Shown: in pieces, positions 26,035 to 33,949 of the stretch
Numbering within the stretch: position 1 is the first letter of the stretch
How the letters are laid out: the number at the start of each line of letters is the position of its first letter
Source of the DNA: a virus
Lineage: Duplodnaviria > Caudoviricetes
DNA: 34,024 bases
Strand: one strand, 5' to 3'
IMG/VR virus record: IMGVR_UViG_3300017761_003648
Coordinates: 1 to 34,024 of that record
Notes under the pieces: model-generated
The model's database searches: none
Seen by the model: only the letters and a program-made list of their open reading frames with translations
Told to the model about the DNA's origin: nothing
Translations under genes and position numbers: made by a program

Positions 26035-26757
26035 TCAAAGTAGATACTGTGGTATAAATGGTAAGTTATTACGAGTCCACTCTAACAATTCACGAATAGT
26101 ATGGTTATTATAACATACTTCATCAGAAATAATACCACAATCATTTTCAACACGCATAGCATTATCCATATTTGGTTGAACTTTTGAAAGTTCAATTTCA
26201 TTATGATTCATTCCAATAGATTTAACATGAATATCTGCTAATTCAATATTATTTACTTTTTCTATTTCAAAATAATCACAAACAAAATCCAAAGTATCTT
26301 TTTTATTGGATAAAAATTCGTTGGTATTGATCCACGAAATGTCAGGACACTCAGATATCCACATAATTCTGTTAGCCCATAGAAAAATATTCATTTTGTC
26401 TATGGTATCAAACTCAATGTTTTTTAAACTTGGGTGAATATTTTTGCGAAAATATGGATAATAATCACTATCAATATAACCCATTCTTCGCTCAGGAAGA
26501 ATTTTAAAAAGATGTTGCTTTAATTGCCGATATAAAAATATTTTTTTTCCATTTGACTTGGAAGCAAAGTGACATAATGCACTAGGTAATTTTATAGTGG
26601 AATTATCATATTGACCAATATGTTTAAAAAAATCAATATTATGTTTAATTATTTGATGAGTCCAAAATGGTTCTGAATATGCTTTGGTAACTTCTTTTAA
26701 CAAAGAAATTAACAATGTAGATCCACAATGAGAAGTGTGATAGATTTGATTAATCAT
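26035..26757 (-). CDS. Sulfotransferase-like (P-loop) protein
   Basis: N-terminal IYHTSHCGSTLL resembles the 5'-phosphosulfate-binding loop; SEP and IFLYR motifs follow. Start set at ATG 26757, overlapping the end of the upstream gene. Confidence 0.6.
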   Translation of the reverse strand: MINQIYHTSHCGSTLLISLLKEVTKAYSEPFWTHQIIKHNIDFFKHIGQYDNSTIKLPSALCHFASKSNGKKIFLYRQLKQHLFKILPERRMGYIDSDYYPYFRKNIHPSLKNIEFDTIDKMNIFLWANRIMWISECPDISWINTNEFLSNKKDTLDFVCDYFEIEKVNNIELADIHVKSIGMNHNEIELSKVQPNMDNAMRVENDCGIISDEVCYNNHTIRELLEWTRNNLPFIPQYLL

Positions 26758-27373
26758 TTTTACCATGAAGTGTATATGCAAATTGTGTCATACAATATCT
26801 ACCATATCCGGAAAAATAATCATTATCTGATATTTTTATTTCTCTGACACCATGATAAAAATATGATGGTGTAATAATACAAAGATTATTGTCACACGGT
26901 ATTTGGTAGTTAAAATCTGGAAAATAAAGTTCTCCTCCAGAAAATTTCTTCGGAGTTTTGTTGAAATATGTGCAAGCTAATACATCAAATCCTGTATCTG
27001 CATGTGGTAAATAAGATTCCCCGTCATGATAATATCTGATTTTTGTAATATCATGATTTGCTCTTTCAAATTTTATATGATGTGGGCTTAATTTACCATA
27101 AATTTGTTTATAATTAAATAGTTTTCGATTTACATTTAAAATGTTTGATGTATTTCTGTCAAAATAAACATTGTCCAATTGAACTCCCAGGGCTGTTGTG
27201 TACGGATCTCCCTGTTTTATACCTGCTACTCCATAATCTTTAGGATTTAGTAATTTTCCTGGTTTAGTTAAAAAGTTAAGTTCTTCCCAGATCAATTCAA
27301 GTTCTTGATCATCATACATATTCTCCACAATTAAATGTGGAAAAGGTTCTTTTAATTCATGAATAATTGACAT
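26750..27373 (-). CDS. 2OG-Fe(II) oxygenase (prolyl-4-hydroxylase-like)
   Basis: YLPHAD (HxD), FSGGELYF, YHGV (distal His) and GRY (2OG-binding Arg). Confidence 0.88.
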   Translation of the reverse strand: MSIIHELKEPFPHLIVENMYDDQELELIWEELNFLTKPGKLLNPKDYGVAGIKQGDPYTTALGVQLDNVYFDRNTSNILNVNRKLFNYKQIYGKLSPHHIKFERANHDITKIRYYHDGESYLPHADTGFDVLACTYFNKTPKKFSGGELYFPDFNYQIPCDNNLCIITPSYFYHGVREIKISDNDYFSGYGRYCMTQFAYTLHGKND

Positions 27374-27630
27374 CAGAATACCAACTTCGCTCTTGAACTA
27401 CGTTTTAGAAAGTTTAACTGCATGGCCTCATACTTAATCTTTTCTTTCAGTGGTTTTGAAATTAATTTGGGGACACTTTCCAAATCAATAGTATTTTTTT
27501 CACAAAAATAAACAATAGCATCAATATAATTCATGTTCAAATCGCTATGTACGAGACTCTCAATTTCTTGAGCAAATTTTGCTGAACAGAAAAACTTATC
27601 TTCGAATACTTTTTCAAGTTCATTCTGCAT
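27373..27630 (-). CDS. gp33: Late transcription coactivator gp33
   Basis: F..EIE..V.....NYIDAIV.FCE.N.ID.ESV.KLISKPLKEKIK.EA..LNFLK; alternative start at 27654. Confidence 0.92.
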   Translation of the reverse strand: MQNELEKVFEDKFFCSAKFAQEIESLVHSDLNMNYIDAIVYFCEKNTIDLESVPKLISKPLKEKIKYEAMQLNFLKRSSRAKLVF

Positions 27631-27674
27631 TGGATTTAAAAGATTAATGTACATTTATGCCATAAGTTTTTATC

Positions 27675-27703
27675 ATCATAATACATAATAAACTATTTGT
27701 CAA
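27675..27703 (-). promoter_or_regulatory. Sigma70-type promoter for gp33
   Basis: TTGACA-17 nt-TATGAT. Confidence 0.8.
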
Positions 27704-28379
27704 GAATTTTTAATTTATCTGCGACAAATTTTTTAATATATTGAGTTAACAGACGAAGATATTTTTCTTTGTCCCTTTCTTCGTAGATTACACATTCTCC
27801 AGTTTCACATGTCATGATGATCACGAACTTTTTAACTGACAATCCAGTTAATTCGTGAAGCATACATGCGTATGCACAACACTGAACAAAGTAATGTTCG
27901 ATCCACTCTTTTGGTTTTGGTTTTTTTGATGTTTTAAAATCGATAACTGATAGTTCACCATCATGTTCAGCTATGCAATCAACGGTTCCGGCAATACCCA
28001 AATATTTACTGTAAAGAGAACCTTCTAGCGCATAAATGTTATTTATGCGCTTTAATTCGGGAATTGCAACCTGAAATAACATCTCAGAAATTGGAAGAAC
28101 ATCTGAGTTGCAGTCCATATTACGAAGATACTGCTCAATCAAAGTATGAGTATCAGTTCCTCTTGATGTGGCTTTGCGAGTAATTTTATCTGCTTCTGCA
28201 TCACCAATTCTTCTTCTCCAAGAAGCAAAAAATTCTTTATTAAAATGACTGATGACAGAAGTGATAGAGACTAATTTAATTGAGTCAGTCTCACCAGGAA
28301 CACTATAATATCTTACTCCGTCAATTGTGTCTCTCTTCAATCTTGGGAGATCAACATCTACATGATTAAATTTCATCAT
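27693..28379 (-). CDS. PD-(D/E)xK exonuclease (cyanophage exonuclease, Cas4/RecB-like fold)
   Basis: SITSV...RGT..H...E...AGTVDCIAE...IDFKTS...YFVQ..AYA; adjacent to phoH. Confidence 0.88.
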   Translation of the reverse strand: MMKFNHVDVDLPRLKRDTIDGVRYYSVPGETDSIKLVSITSVISHFNKEFFASWRRRIGDAEADKITRKATSRGTDTHTLIEQYLRNMDCNSDVLPISEMLFQVAIPELKRINNIYALEGSLYSKYLGIAGTVDCIAEHDGELSVIDFKTSKKPKPKEWIEHYFVQCCAYACMLHELTGLSVKKFVIIMTCETGECVIYEERDKEKYLRLLTQYIKKFVADKLKILDK

Positions 28380-29137
28380 AACCCAAGTTCAGATTTAGCA
28401 ACAAGATATTCTTTACAAAGACCAGATCTCACAATGTCTTCTAATCCGAATTCAACCAATTCAAAAGATGGCATTTGATGCAAAATACGCATAAAATCAA
28501 TGATACCATTCTTCTCATTTGTTTTGACTAAATCACTTTGAGTTGCATCTCCACAGAACATAATCTTTGTATTCTCACCTACACGAGTAATAATACTATC
28601 CAATTCGTGAAAATTCAAGTTTTGAAATTCGTCAACGATAATAACAGCATTATCAAGAGTTGTACCACGAATAAATGATGTACTCCAGAAACTAATTGTA
28701 CCCTGATTTTTTAGATTACCATATAGCATTTCAAAATCAGATTCTGTTTGCATTTGAAACATGTATTTGACCATGTTCTTATATGGAATCTGATAGAGAG
28801 AAGACTTATCTTCATGATCGCCAGGAAGAAATCCAATCTCACGAGTAGCAACAAGAGATCTTACAATATAAATTTTTTCGTAAGGAGATTTTTCATTTAG
28901 GACATCCTGAAGTGCATTATATAATGTGATAAAAGTTTTACCAGTTCCTGCAGCTCCATAAGCAACAATATTTGCACCTTTATTATAAGCATCAAATAAA
29001 AGTTCTTGGTTGTCCGTTAATGGATCAATATTTCGAATATAATCAATATTGATTGGTTTTTTTCTTTTCATGACTCGGTTACTCATTCCAAAAGGGACAG
29101 GACTTGTTCCAATATCCGATGATTTTTTTCTTGTCAT
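28376..29137 (-). CDS. phoH: PhoH-like ATPase
   Basis: GAAGTGKT Walker A, REIGFLPG, SFIRGTTL, VDEFQN, GDATQSDL, DIVRSGL. Confidence 0.97.
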   Translation of the reverse strand: MTRKKSSDIGTSPVPFGMSNRVMKRKKPINIDYIRNIDPLTDNQELLFDAYNKGANIVAYGAAGTGKTFITLYNALQDVLNEKSPYEKIYIVRSLVATREIGFLPGDHEDKSSLYQIPYKNMVKYMFQMQTESDFEMLYGNLKNQGTISFWSTSFIRGTTLDNAVIIVDEFQNLNFHELDSIITRVGENTKIMFCGDATQSDLVKTNEKNGIIDFMRILHQMPSFELVEFGLEDIVRSGLCKEYLVAKSELGL

Positions 29138-29139
29138 AA

Positions 29140-29385
29140 TTAACTAAATGGTTTAATTTTTGCACCAGGCATTTTAGATGCCTTCCTTAATACATCATTC
29201 CATCCTGGATTTTTTTGAATGAGTTTGTCTGTCCATTCACCCACTTCCCCAAATCCAGCACAACCTTGAGACCAATCTTTTTCCCAATCTTGGTTGTCTT
29301 TTTTCCATTTATCATAATCAATCATTGACATGTAGAGTTCATTTGTCTCACCGGTTTTTGAATTCTTTACTGGATAAGTTGGCAT
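29140..29385 (-). CDS. Conserved T4-like hypothetical protein (81 aa)
   Basis: MPTYPVKN.KTGE...GWNDVL.K..K.PG; start at ATG 29385 after a late promoter. Confidence 0.8.
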   Translation of the reverse strand: MPTYPVKNSKTGETNELYMSMIDYDKWKKDNQDWEKDWSQGCAGFGEVGEWTDKLIQKNPGWNDVLRKASKMPGAKIKPFS

Positions 29386-29407
29386 AATATCAATTAATAT
29401 GTAATGG

Positions 29408-29414
29408 TATTTAT
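29408..29414 (-). promoter_or_regulatory. T4-type late promoter (ATAAATA)
   Basis: Overlaps the thyX TAA stop, about 23 nt upstream of ATG 29385. Confidence 0.6.
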
Positions 29415-30094
29415 TCGAGAGTAATAGAAGGTGCATCTCCACACTCAGGGCAATCTTCACGAGTCCAACCAAGTGCTTCTGATACAGCAGGAAACTCACA
29501 AGTAAAGATACAACGAATTGCTTTTGCAATATCCATATGTTCTTTTTGAGTTCCATGAGCCGAACGCAGATTAATATAATGAATCCAAGAACGACAGGAG
29601 CCCGTCATATAGATGCGTGTGGGAGTTGCCAATGGGAGTACAAAACGAGCGCACTCCTTTGCTACCCCCTGACCTAGAAGATAATTGTAGACATCCTGAG
29701 CGTCCCTGAAGAGGTCTTGAACCATCTTATTCATCACAAATACTCTTTCCTCATCCAGGTCATCAATCGAGTTCTGGCGGTTCTTGGTGTCCTGTCTACG
29801 CAGTTCTGGAACGGGAATATCTTCCCCTAGAAGATTTGTGTCTGCGTATCGTTGCGAAAATTCTTGAAATGTAAATGAGCGGTGGCGAAGGATCTGGGCC
29901 GCTATACCACGATTCGTTTCAATCTCAAGAGTCATAGAAGACTGCTCAAACACAGACCAATGATTATGCTTAATACAATAAGCAAGTAACTTGGTATAGT
30001 TTTCGTTGTCTTGATTTGCAGGATTAGAAACTCGCGCAATATATGCCATTGTTTTTTCGGCATCGGGCGTAATCGAAATAAGTTTTATTGTCAT
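29411..30094 (-). CDS. thyX: FAD-dependent thymidylate synthase
   Basis: HWSVFEQ, the ThyX motif RHRSFTFQEFSQRY, KECARFVLP and RSWIHYINLR. Confidence 0.97.
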   Translation of the reverse strand: MTIKLISITPDAEKTMAYIARVSNPANQDNENYTKLLAYCIKHNHWSVFEQSSMTLEIETNRGIAAQILRHRSFTFQEFSQRYADTNLLGEDIPVPELRRQDTKNRQNSIDDLDEERVFVMNKMVQDLFRDAQDVYNYLLGQGVAKECARFVLPLATPTRIYMTGSCRSWIHYINLRSAHGTQKEHMDIAKAIRCIFTCEFPAVSEALGWTREDCPECGDAPSITLE

Positions 30095-30098
30095 TTAA

Positions 30099-30269
30099 TT
30101 AAACTCCGTAATCATCATTATCTTCAAATACCTCATCATAATCTGAAAGATATGGTGTCATCTTATCACAATTCAAATAATTTTCAGTATTTGAATAGAC
30201 TTCATTTTTTAAAGAATTAACAAGCAATTCTAAGTTTTGAACAATTAATTTTAGTTTTTCTTTGTCCAT
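30099..30269 (-). CDS. Small hypothetical protein (56 aa) with an acidic tail
   Basis: Not in the ORF track. Manual translation MDKEKLKLIVQNLELLVNSLKNEVYS...DYDEVFEDNDDYGV; GGAG and a sigma70-type promoter lie upstream. Confidence 0.75.
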   Translation of the reverse strand: MDKEKLKLIVQNLELLVNSLKNEVYSNTENYLNCDKMTPYLSDYDEVFEDNDDYGV

Positions 30270-30290
30270 ATGATAGTGTTATCTCCAGTT

Positions 30291-30319
30291 ATTTTATCAC
30301 AAAAAAAAGAAGGTGTAAA
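30291..30319 (-). promoter_or_regulatory. Sigma70-type promoter with extended -10
   Basis: TTTACA-17 nt-TAAAAT with TG at -15/-14. Confidence 0.65.
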
Positions 30320-30324
30320 CCCTC
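30301..30324 (-). terminator. Rho-independent terminator
   Basis: GAGGGT-TTAC-ACCTTC followed by eight T. Confidence 0.7.
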
Positions 30325-30366
30325 CAGTCCCATTCATCAAACACAAAATACCGTTGTAGTCAGTCA

Positions 30367-31071
30367 TCAGTATTTTTCCAAACCATAAATACCATTCTTC
30401 TCAAGAATAGCAGAACAAGTATCAACAAAATCACCGCAACACATATAAGTCATCTTACCAAACTGACGAATGTTTGCATGATGAATGTGCCCGCAGATAA
30501 TCCCACTATACTTCTTATCTTGTTGAACGCAATACCCAATAATATCATTCTCATACTTATCAATATAACTCTTTCCTCTTACACTATTTTTGAGGAAATA
30601 CACCAAAGAAAACCGAAAAAACCTTTCCAACCAAATACTCAAAGGTGTGATAAGTTCATAACCTTTATTGAACATCAGTTGCTTCCAAGAGCCAGAAGAG
30701 AACTCTGAGTGCTTATCTCCGTGAGTGCAGAGATACTTATTCCCAACACTATCCTTATGAACGTATTCATCACACACCATAAAGTTCTTGTGCTCAAAGG
30801 TACAATACCTTCTGATAGCACCTTCGTGATTACCAAGAACATAAACAACTTCTGTGCCTTTCTTACACAAATCTAAAAGTGCATGAACACATTCGGTGTG
30901 CTCTCTTTTCCATCTGGTATTGTATTTCTCCATACAATAGATGTCTATGATGTCTCCCACCATCACAAGTTTCTTAGTTTTGAGTTCTTTGAGAAACTTC
31001 AGAAACTTTTCGGTATTGCATCTATCAGTTCCTAAATGAACATCAGAAATAAAAACAGTATTGTGAGTCAT
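30367..31071 (-). CDS. Calcineurin-like metallophosphoesterase (LpxH-like family)
   Basis: SDVHLG, GDIID, GNHE, THGD and GHIH motifs. Confidence 0.88.
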   Translation of the reverse strand: MTHNTVFISDVHLGTDRCNTEKFLKFLKELKTKKLVMVGDIIDIYCMEKYNTRWKREHTECVHALLDLCKKGTEVVYVLGNHEGAIRRYCTFEHKNFMVCDEYVHKDSVGNKYLCTHGDKHSEFSSGSWKQLMFNKGYELITPLSIWLERFFRFSLVYFLKNSVRGKSYIDKYENDIIGYCVQQDKKYSGIICGHIHHANIRQFGKMTYMCCGDFVDTCSAILEKNGIYGLEKY

Positions 31072-31301
31072 TTTAAACTCTCCAATACTTGAACAATAAA
31101 TTTAATAGAGTTAGCATATTCCCTACCATCCATTCCACCCCGAACAAGATACCAAACTTCTTGAAGTCCCGCTTCAACACGTTCTTCTCTAGTCATTTCA
31201 TTAAGAGTTTTGTATGCTGGTTCTTTAGTAACTGTTACTTCTTCTTCTCGTTTTGTTGCTTCTTCAAGCATTTCTTCGTGTGTCATAAATCCATCAGTCA
31301 T
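31068..31301 (-). CDS. Hypothetical protein (77 aa)
   Basis: Clean ORF with 4-nt overlaps to both neighbours. Confidence 0.65.
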   Translation of the reverse strand: MTDGFMTHEEMLEEATKREEEVTVTKEPAYKTLNEMTREERVEAGLQEVWYLVRGGMDGREYANSIKFIVQVLESLK

Positions 31302-31624
31302 CTTTCAATATATGATAAAGTATGATTTGTTGAGTGTAGTTGCTCAATAATTATATCACATCCAATCTTCGGATCACAATCTCCACAAGTATAAACATCT
31401 ACTGCTGCTTTGCCAGATTCTGGCCAAGTATGAATACTGATATGACTTTCTGATAGCAAACAGATTACAGTGACTCCTTGAGGATCAAACTTTTTTGATA
31501 TAGTTTGAATCACTGTTGCACCACTAGCGGTCGCAGCATGTTCTAATAAATCTATAAGACATTTTTCATCGTTCAAAAGAACAAATGAACATCCATATAA
31601 AGTTAAAAAATAATGCTTACCCAT
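31298..31624 (-). CDS. speD: S-adenosylmethionine decarboxylase proenzyme family (pyruvoyl-dependent)
   Basis: MGKH...F.PQGVT...LLSESHISIHTWPE...AAVDVYTCG, with the E-S self-cleavage site. Confidence 0.93.
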   Translation of the reverse strand: MGKHYFLTLYGCSFVLLNDEKCLIDLLEHAATASGATVIQTISKKFDPQGVTVICLLSESHISIHTWPESGKAAVDVYTCGDCDPKIGCDIIIEQLHSTNHTLSYIER

Positions 31625-31802
31625 CTTCATCAAGTTCTTTTAATAAATTTTTAATACGATTTTCTGTTCCGTCAATTGTTTTAATCTTAAAGATATTTGA
31701 TTTTTGATATTTTTTGAGTTTTTTATAAACCTTTAAAATTTCTTGAAGTTCATCTTTATTGATAGATACTTCAAGTTTTTCTTCACTGAATCCTGCGCTC
31801 AT
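31617..31802 (-). CDS. Hypothetical protein (61 aa)
   Basis: ORF overlapping both neighbours in the same orientation. Confidence 0.65.
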   Translation of the reverse strand: MSAGFSEEKLEVSINKDELQEILKVYKKLKKYQKSNIFKIKTIDGTENRIKNLLKELDEDG

Positions 31803-32050
31803 TTCTTTTTTTTCTCAGTTTTAGATTTCCAAAAGTTTGAATTCACTTTTCCCTCTGTCCATGATATATCCTTTAAACCTTCACGATATTTATCCCAATA
31901 CGCATCGAAGGGATCAACTTTTTTATTACAAATTACAATATCATAAAAGGTTTCTTCATCAGAGATATAAGTAACAAGATACGAATTTAGAGGCAATGAT
32001 TTATCGTTTGCTTTTGATTTTTCACATTTCTGATGAAGAACATAATGCAT
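31799..32050 (-). CDS. Hypothetical cyanophage-type protein
   Basis: DKSLPLNSYLVTY...YDIV...FDAYWDKY...WTEG.VN; start at ATG 32050 via a TAATG overlap. Confidence 0.7.
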   Translation of the reverse strand: MHYVLHQKCEKSKANDKSLPLNSYLVTYISDEETFYDIVICNKKVDPFDAYWDKYREGLKDISWTEGKVNSNFWKSKTEKKKK

Positions 32051-32544
32051 TAGGAACGCCCACCCCAAGTAATATCTGGATAAGATTCTTTAACAAGATC
32101 AATACTAATATCATACTTATCAGTAAGTTTCTTATCCTTTACAAGGCAGAGAATCTCAGCTTCATCTGGATACAAACCCTCTAAAATTTGTATGAAAATA
32201 CTTTCTCTGCGGATAGTTGGAAGAGTATCATTTCCACCTTTTACAAAATTATAAAAATGTTTGAACTCACGTCTTAAAGAAGAGTGATCAGTTCCCAATG
32301 GATTTTCGTTCGGTTTAAATGGCACTTCTCCAGGAGGGAGAACAGTGATAACTGAGTCATCAAAGTTCCAAATGAATAGCGATTTTAACGCATCATTTTT
32401 ATACTCTTTCAGAACTTCAACTTTTTTTTCATTTGTTTTTTGGTTTGCAGCAAGATCTAAGATCTCGTGCATAAAGGGATTTGGGGGAAGTTTAGTAGTA
32501 GTTTCTATTGAATTACTCGTCTTCCTCGTCTTCGTCGTAGTCAT
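32050..32544 (-). CDS. Conserved T4-like hypothetical protein
   Basis: EIL...KVEVLK.Y...LKSLFIWNFD.SV...LP.GEVP...RRE.IFIQILEGL.P.EAE.L.LVKDK.L; start uncertain (32544 or 32556). Confidence 0.75.
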   Translation of the reverse strand: MTTTKTRKTSNSIETTTKLPPNPFMHEILDLAANQKTNEKKVEVLKEYKNDALKSLFIWNFDDSVITVLPPGEVPFKPNENPLGTDHSSLRREFKHFYNFVKGGNDTLPTIRRESIFIQILEGLYPDEAEILCLVKDKKLTDKYDISIDLVKESYPDITWGGRS

Positions 32545-32734
32545 AATTGTTTTCAAATCTAACAGCTAAAATTTCGTCGGGAATGATGTTTCCATTTGAG
32601 TCAAACATCTCTGGATGCATATACACTGGAGATGTTTGATAAAAATGTTCTTTGGCCATCCATCCTATTACACCACCAACAAAAAAGAACATAATTGAAA
32701 CTAATGTGCCGATGGTAAGTGTTACTGCTAACAT
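32513..32734 (-). CDS. Small membrane protein with an acidic tail
   Basis: N-terminal hydrophobic helix, then HPEMFD.NGN.IPDEILAVRFE. Confidence 0.75.
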   Translation of the reverse strand: MLAVTLTIGTLVSIMFFFVGGVIGWMAKEHFYQTSPVYMHPEMFDSNGNIIPDEILAVRFENNYDYDEDEEDE

Positions 32735-32752
32735 TTTAGTTCTCCAGAGAGT

Positions 32753-32977
32753 TTATATTTTCCTAATGTCGAAGTTAAATTCGATAAAGAAATGAAACTC
32801 TCTTTTGAAAAAAGAGATCATTTTACCAAACTTTACTTGAAAAGTTTTTGGTTTTGATACTCTCCCCCTTCTATTGCGTAGTAGTAACTCAACTCCCCGA
32901 TTTATTTGGGGTTCATTTCTATTTAGTTTCTTTTTTTCGGCGCCCACGTCTCTTGTCATGATTATATTTCCAGGCAT
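32753..32977 (-). CDS. Small basic hypothetical protein (start uncertain)
   Basis: INRGVELLLRNRR...FKREFHFF. The given start overlaps the upstream gene and a CTAAATA at 32920-32926, so the true start may be further downstream. Confidence 0.5.
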   Translation of the reverse strand: MPGNIIMTRDVGAEKKKLNRNEPQINRGVELLLRNRRGRVSKPKTFQVKFGKMISFFKREFHFFIEFNFDIRKI

Positions 32978-33278
32978 CTTCTAAAATACCATAAAGATAT
33001 TCTTTGATTTTTCTTGCTATTGGTTTTGGAATATGACCATAAGCTTCGCGCAATTGTTTATGTTCTTGATCTGCACCACCCTCAAGATATACATTAAGAT
33101 CATCTACAATTTCAGAGAGTTGTCTAGCAGTCGCACTTTCAATAAATGCTTCTACTTCTATTTTTTTAGATCCGCGAATTTTAAGATAATCATAAAATTT
33201 CATTACAAATCGACCATTAAAAGCATAATCAATTGCTTTCTCTACATCAAAATAAATTTCTTGAAGGTTGTTTTCCAT
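32919..33278 (-). CDS. Hypothetical cyanophage-type protein (119 aa)
   Basis: DVEKAIDYAF...YLEGGAD..HKQLREAYGHIPKP.ARKIK.YL; TAATG overlap with nrdC. Confidence 0.75.
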   Translation of the reverse strand: MENNLQEIYFDVEKAIDYAFNGRFVMKFYDYLKIRGSKKIEVEAFIESATARQLSEIVDDLNVYLEGGADQEHKQLREAYGHIPKPIARKIKEYLYGILEDAWKYNHDKRRGRRKKETK

Positions 33279-33514
33279 TAAACCAAATTCTGTTCCTTCA
33301 GATACTTAACGGTATCGGTACATCCACCAATATGCTGTTCATTAACAATCACTTGTGGGAAGGTAGAACCTTCTCCAAATTCTGTATAGAATTCTTCTCT
33401 TGTAAAATCAGTATTCAATTTGTAGACAACGCATTGTAACTCAGCCAATTGTAGCACCTGCTCCACTTTTGTGCAATATGGGCAACCGTCTTTTGAATAA
33501 ATTGTAAACTTCAT
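33278..33514 (-). CDS. nrdC: Glutaredoxin
   Basis: IYSKDGCPYC...TFPQV...IGGCTD; start at ATG 33514. Confidence 0.92.
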   Translation of the reverse strand: MKFTIYSKDGCPYCTKVEQVLQLAELQCVVYKLNTDFTREEFYTEFGEGSTFPQVIVNEQHIGGCTDTVKYLKEQNLV

Positions 33515-33518
33515 AATA

Positions 33519-33890
33519 CTAGCTTGCATTGTTTTTTCTAGGTCTATAGGCATAAAGATTTTCAGGCTTTTCGGGTTTCATCCACTCGTATAATTTATAA
33601 AGTTTTTCTTCTTCAAAAAAATCTTGTGAGCAATACCAGTCTTCCCAAAAAGTATGCCCTTTAGATTGATTACAAGAATGACAGCAGGCAACTACATTCG
33701 TTTTAATATCTAAACCACCTTTACATTGAGGTATAACGTGGTCTAGTGTAATGTCTTCTTTTGATTCGCAATAAGCACACTCGTGATTCCAGGCATCTTT
33801 TATATTTTGTCTCCATAATCGTTTTGCTCCCGATTTATTTGTTGCCTGAAGATTAAACAGATAGTCCTTAGGCGAATGCAGAGGAACCAT
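33519..33890 (-). CDS. HNH endonuclease
   Basis: CAYC...TLDHVIP..KGG....NVVACCHSCNQSKG. Confidence 0.9.
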   Translation of the reverse strand: MVPLHSPKDYLFNLQATNKSGAKRLWRQNIKDAWNHECAYCESKEDITLDHVIPQCKGGLDIKTNVVACCHSCNQSKGHTFWEDWYCSQDFFEEEKLYKLYEWMKPEKPENLYAYRPRKNNAS

Positions 33891-33910
33891 AAGTAGTTGC
33901 AACTTATGAA

Positions 33911-33917
33911 TATTTAT
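33911..33917 (-). promoter_or_regulatory. T4-type late promoter (ATAAATA)
   Basis: About 20 nt upstream of the HNH start. Confidence 0.55.
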
Positions 33918-33949
33918 TCTTAGTTTTCATAACTTTTATCAACTCGTTA

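Noticed and set aside
26011-26038. Sigma70 promoter for gp59 (TTGACA-16-TTTAAT)
   Set aside because: Sub-optimal spacer and -10 box in AT-rich DNA; mentioned in findings only, not called as a feature.
27693-28379. Cas4-like nuclease as a sign of CRISPR-Cas
   Set aside because: No repeat-spacer array or other cas genes are seen; this is the exonuclease usually found next to phoH in cyanomyoviruses.
29386-29556. N-terminal extension of the 138-aa ORF
   Set aside because: Overlaps thyX; the late promoter and MPTYP start support ATG 29385.
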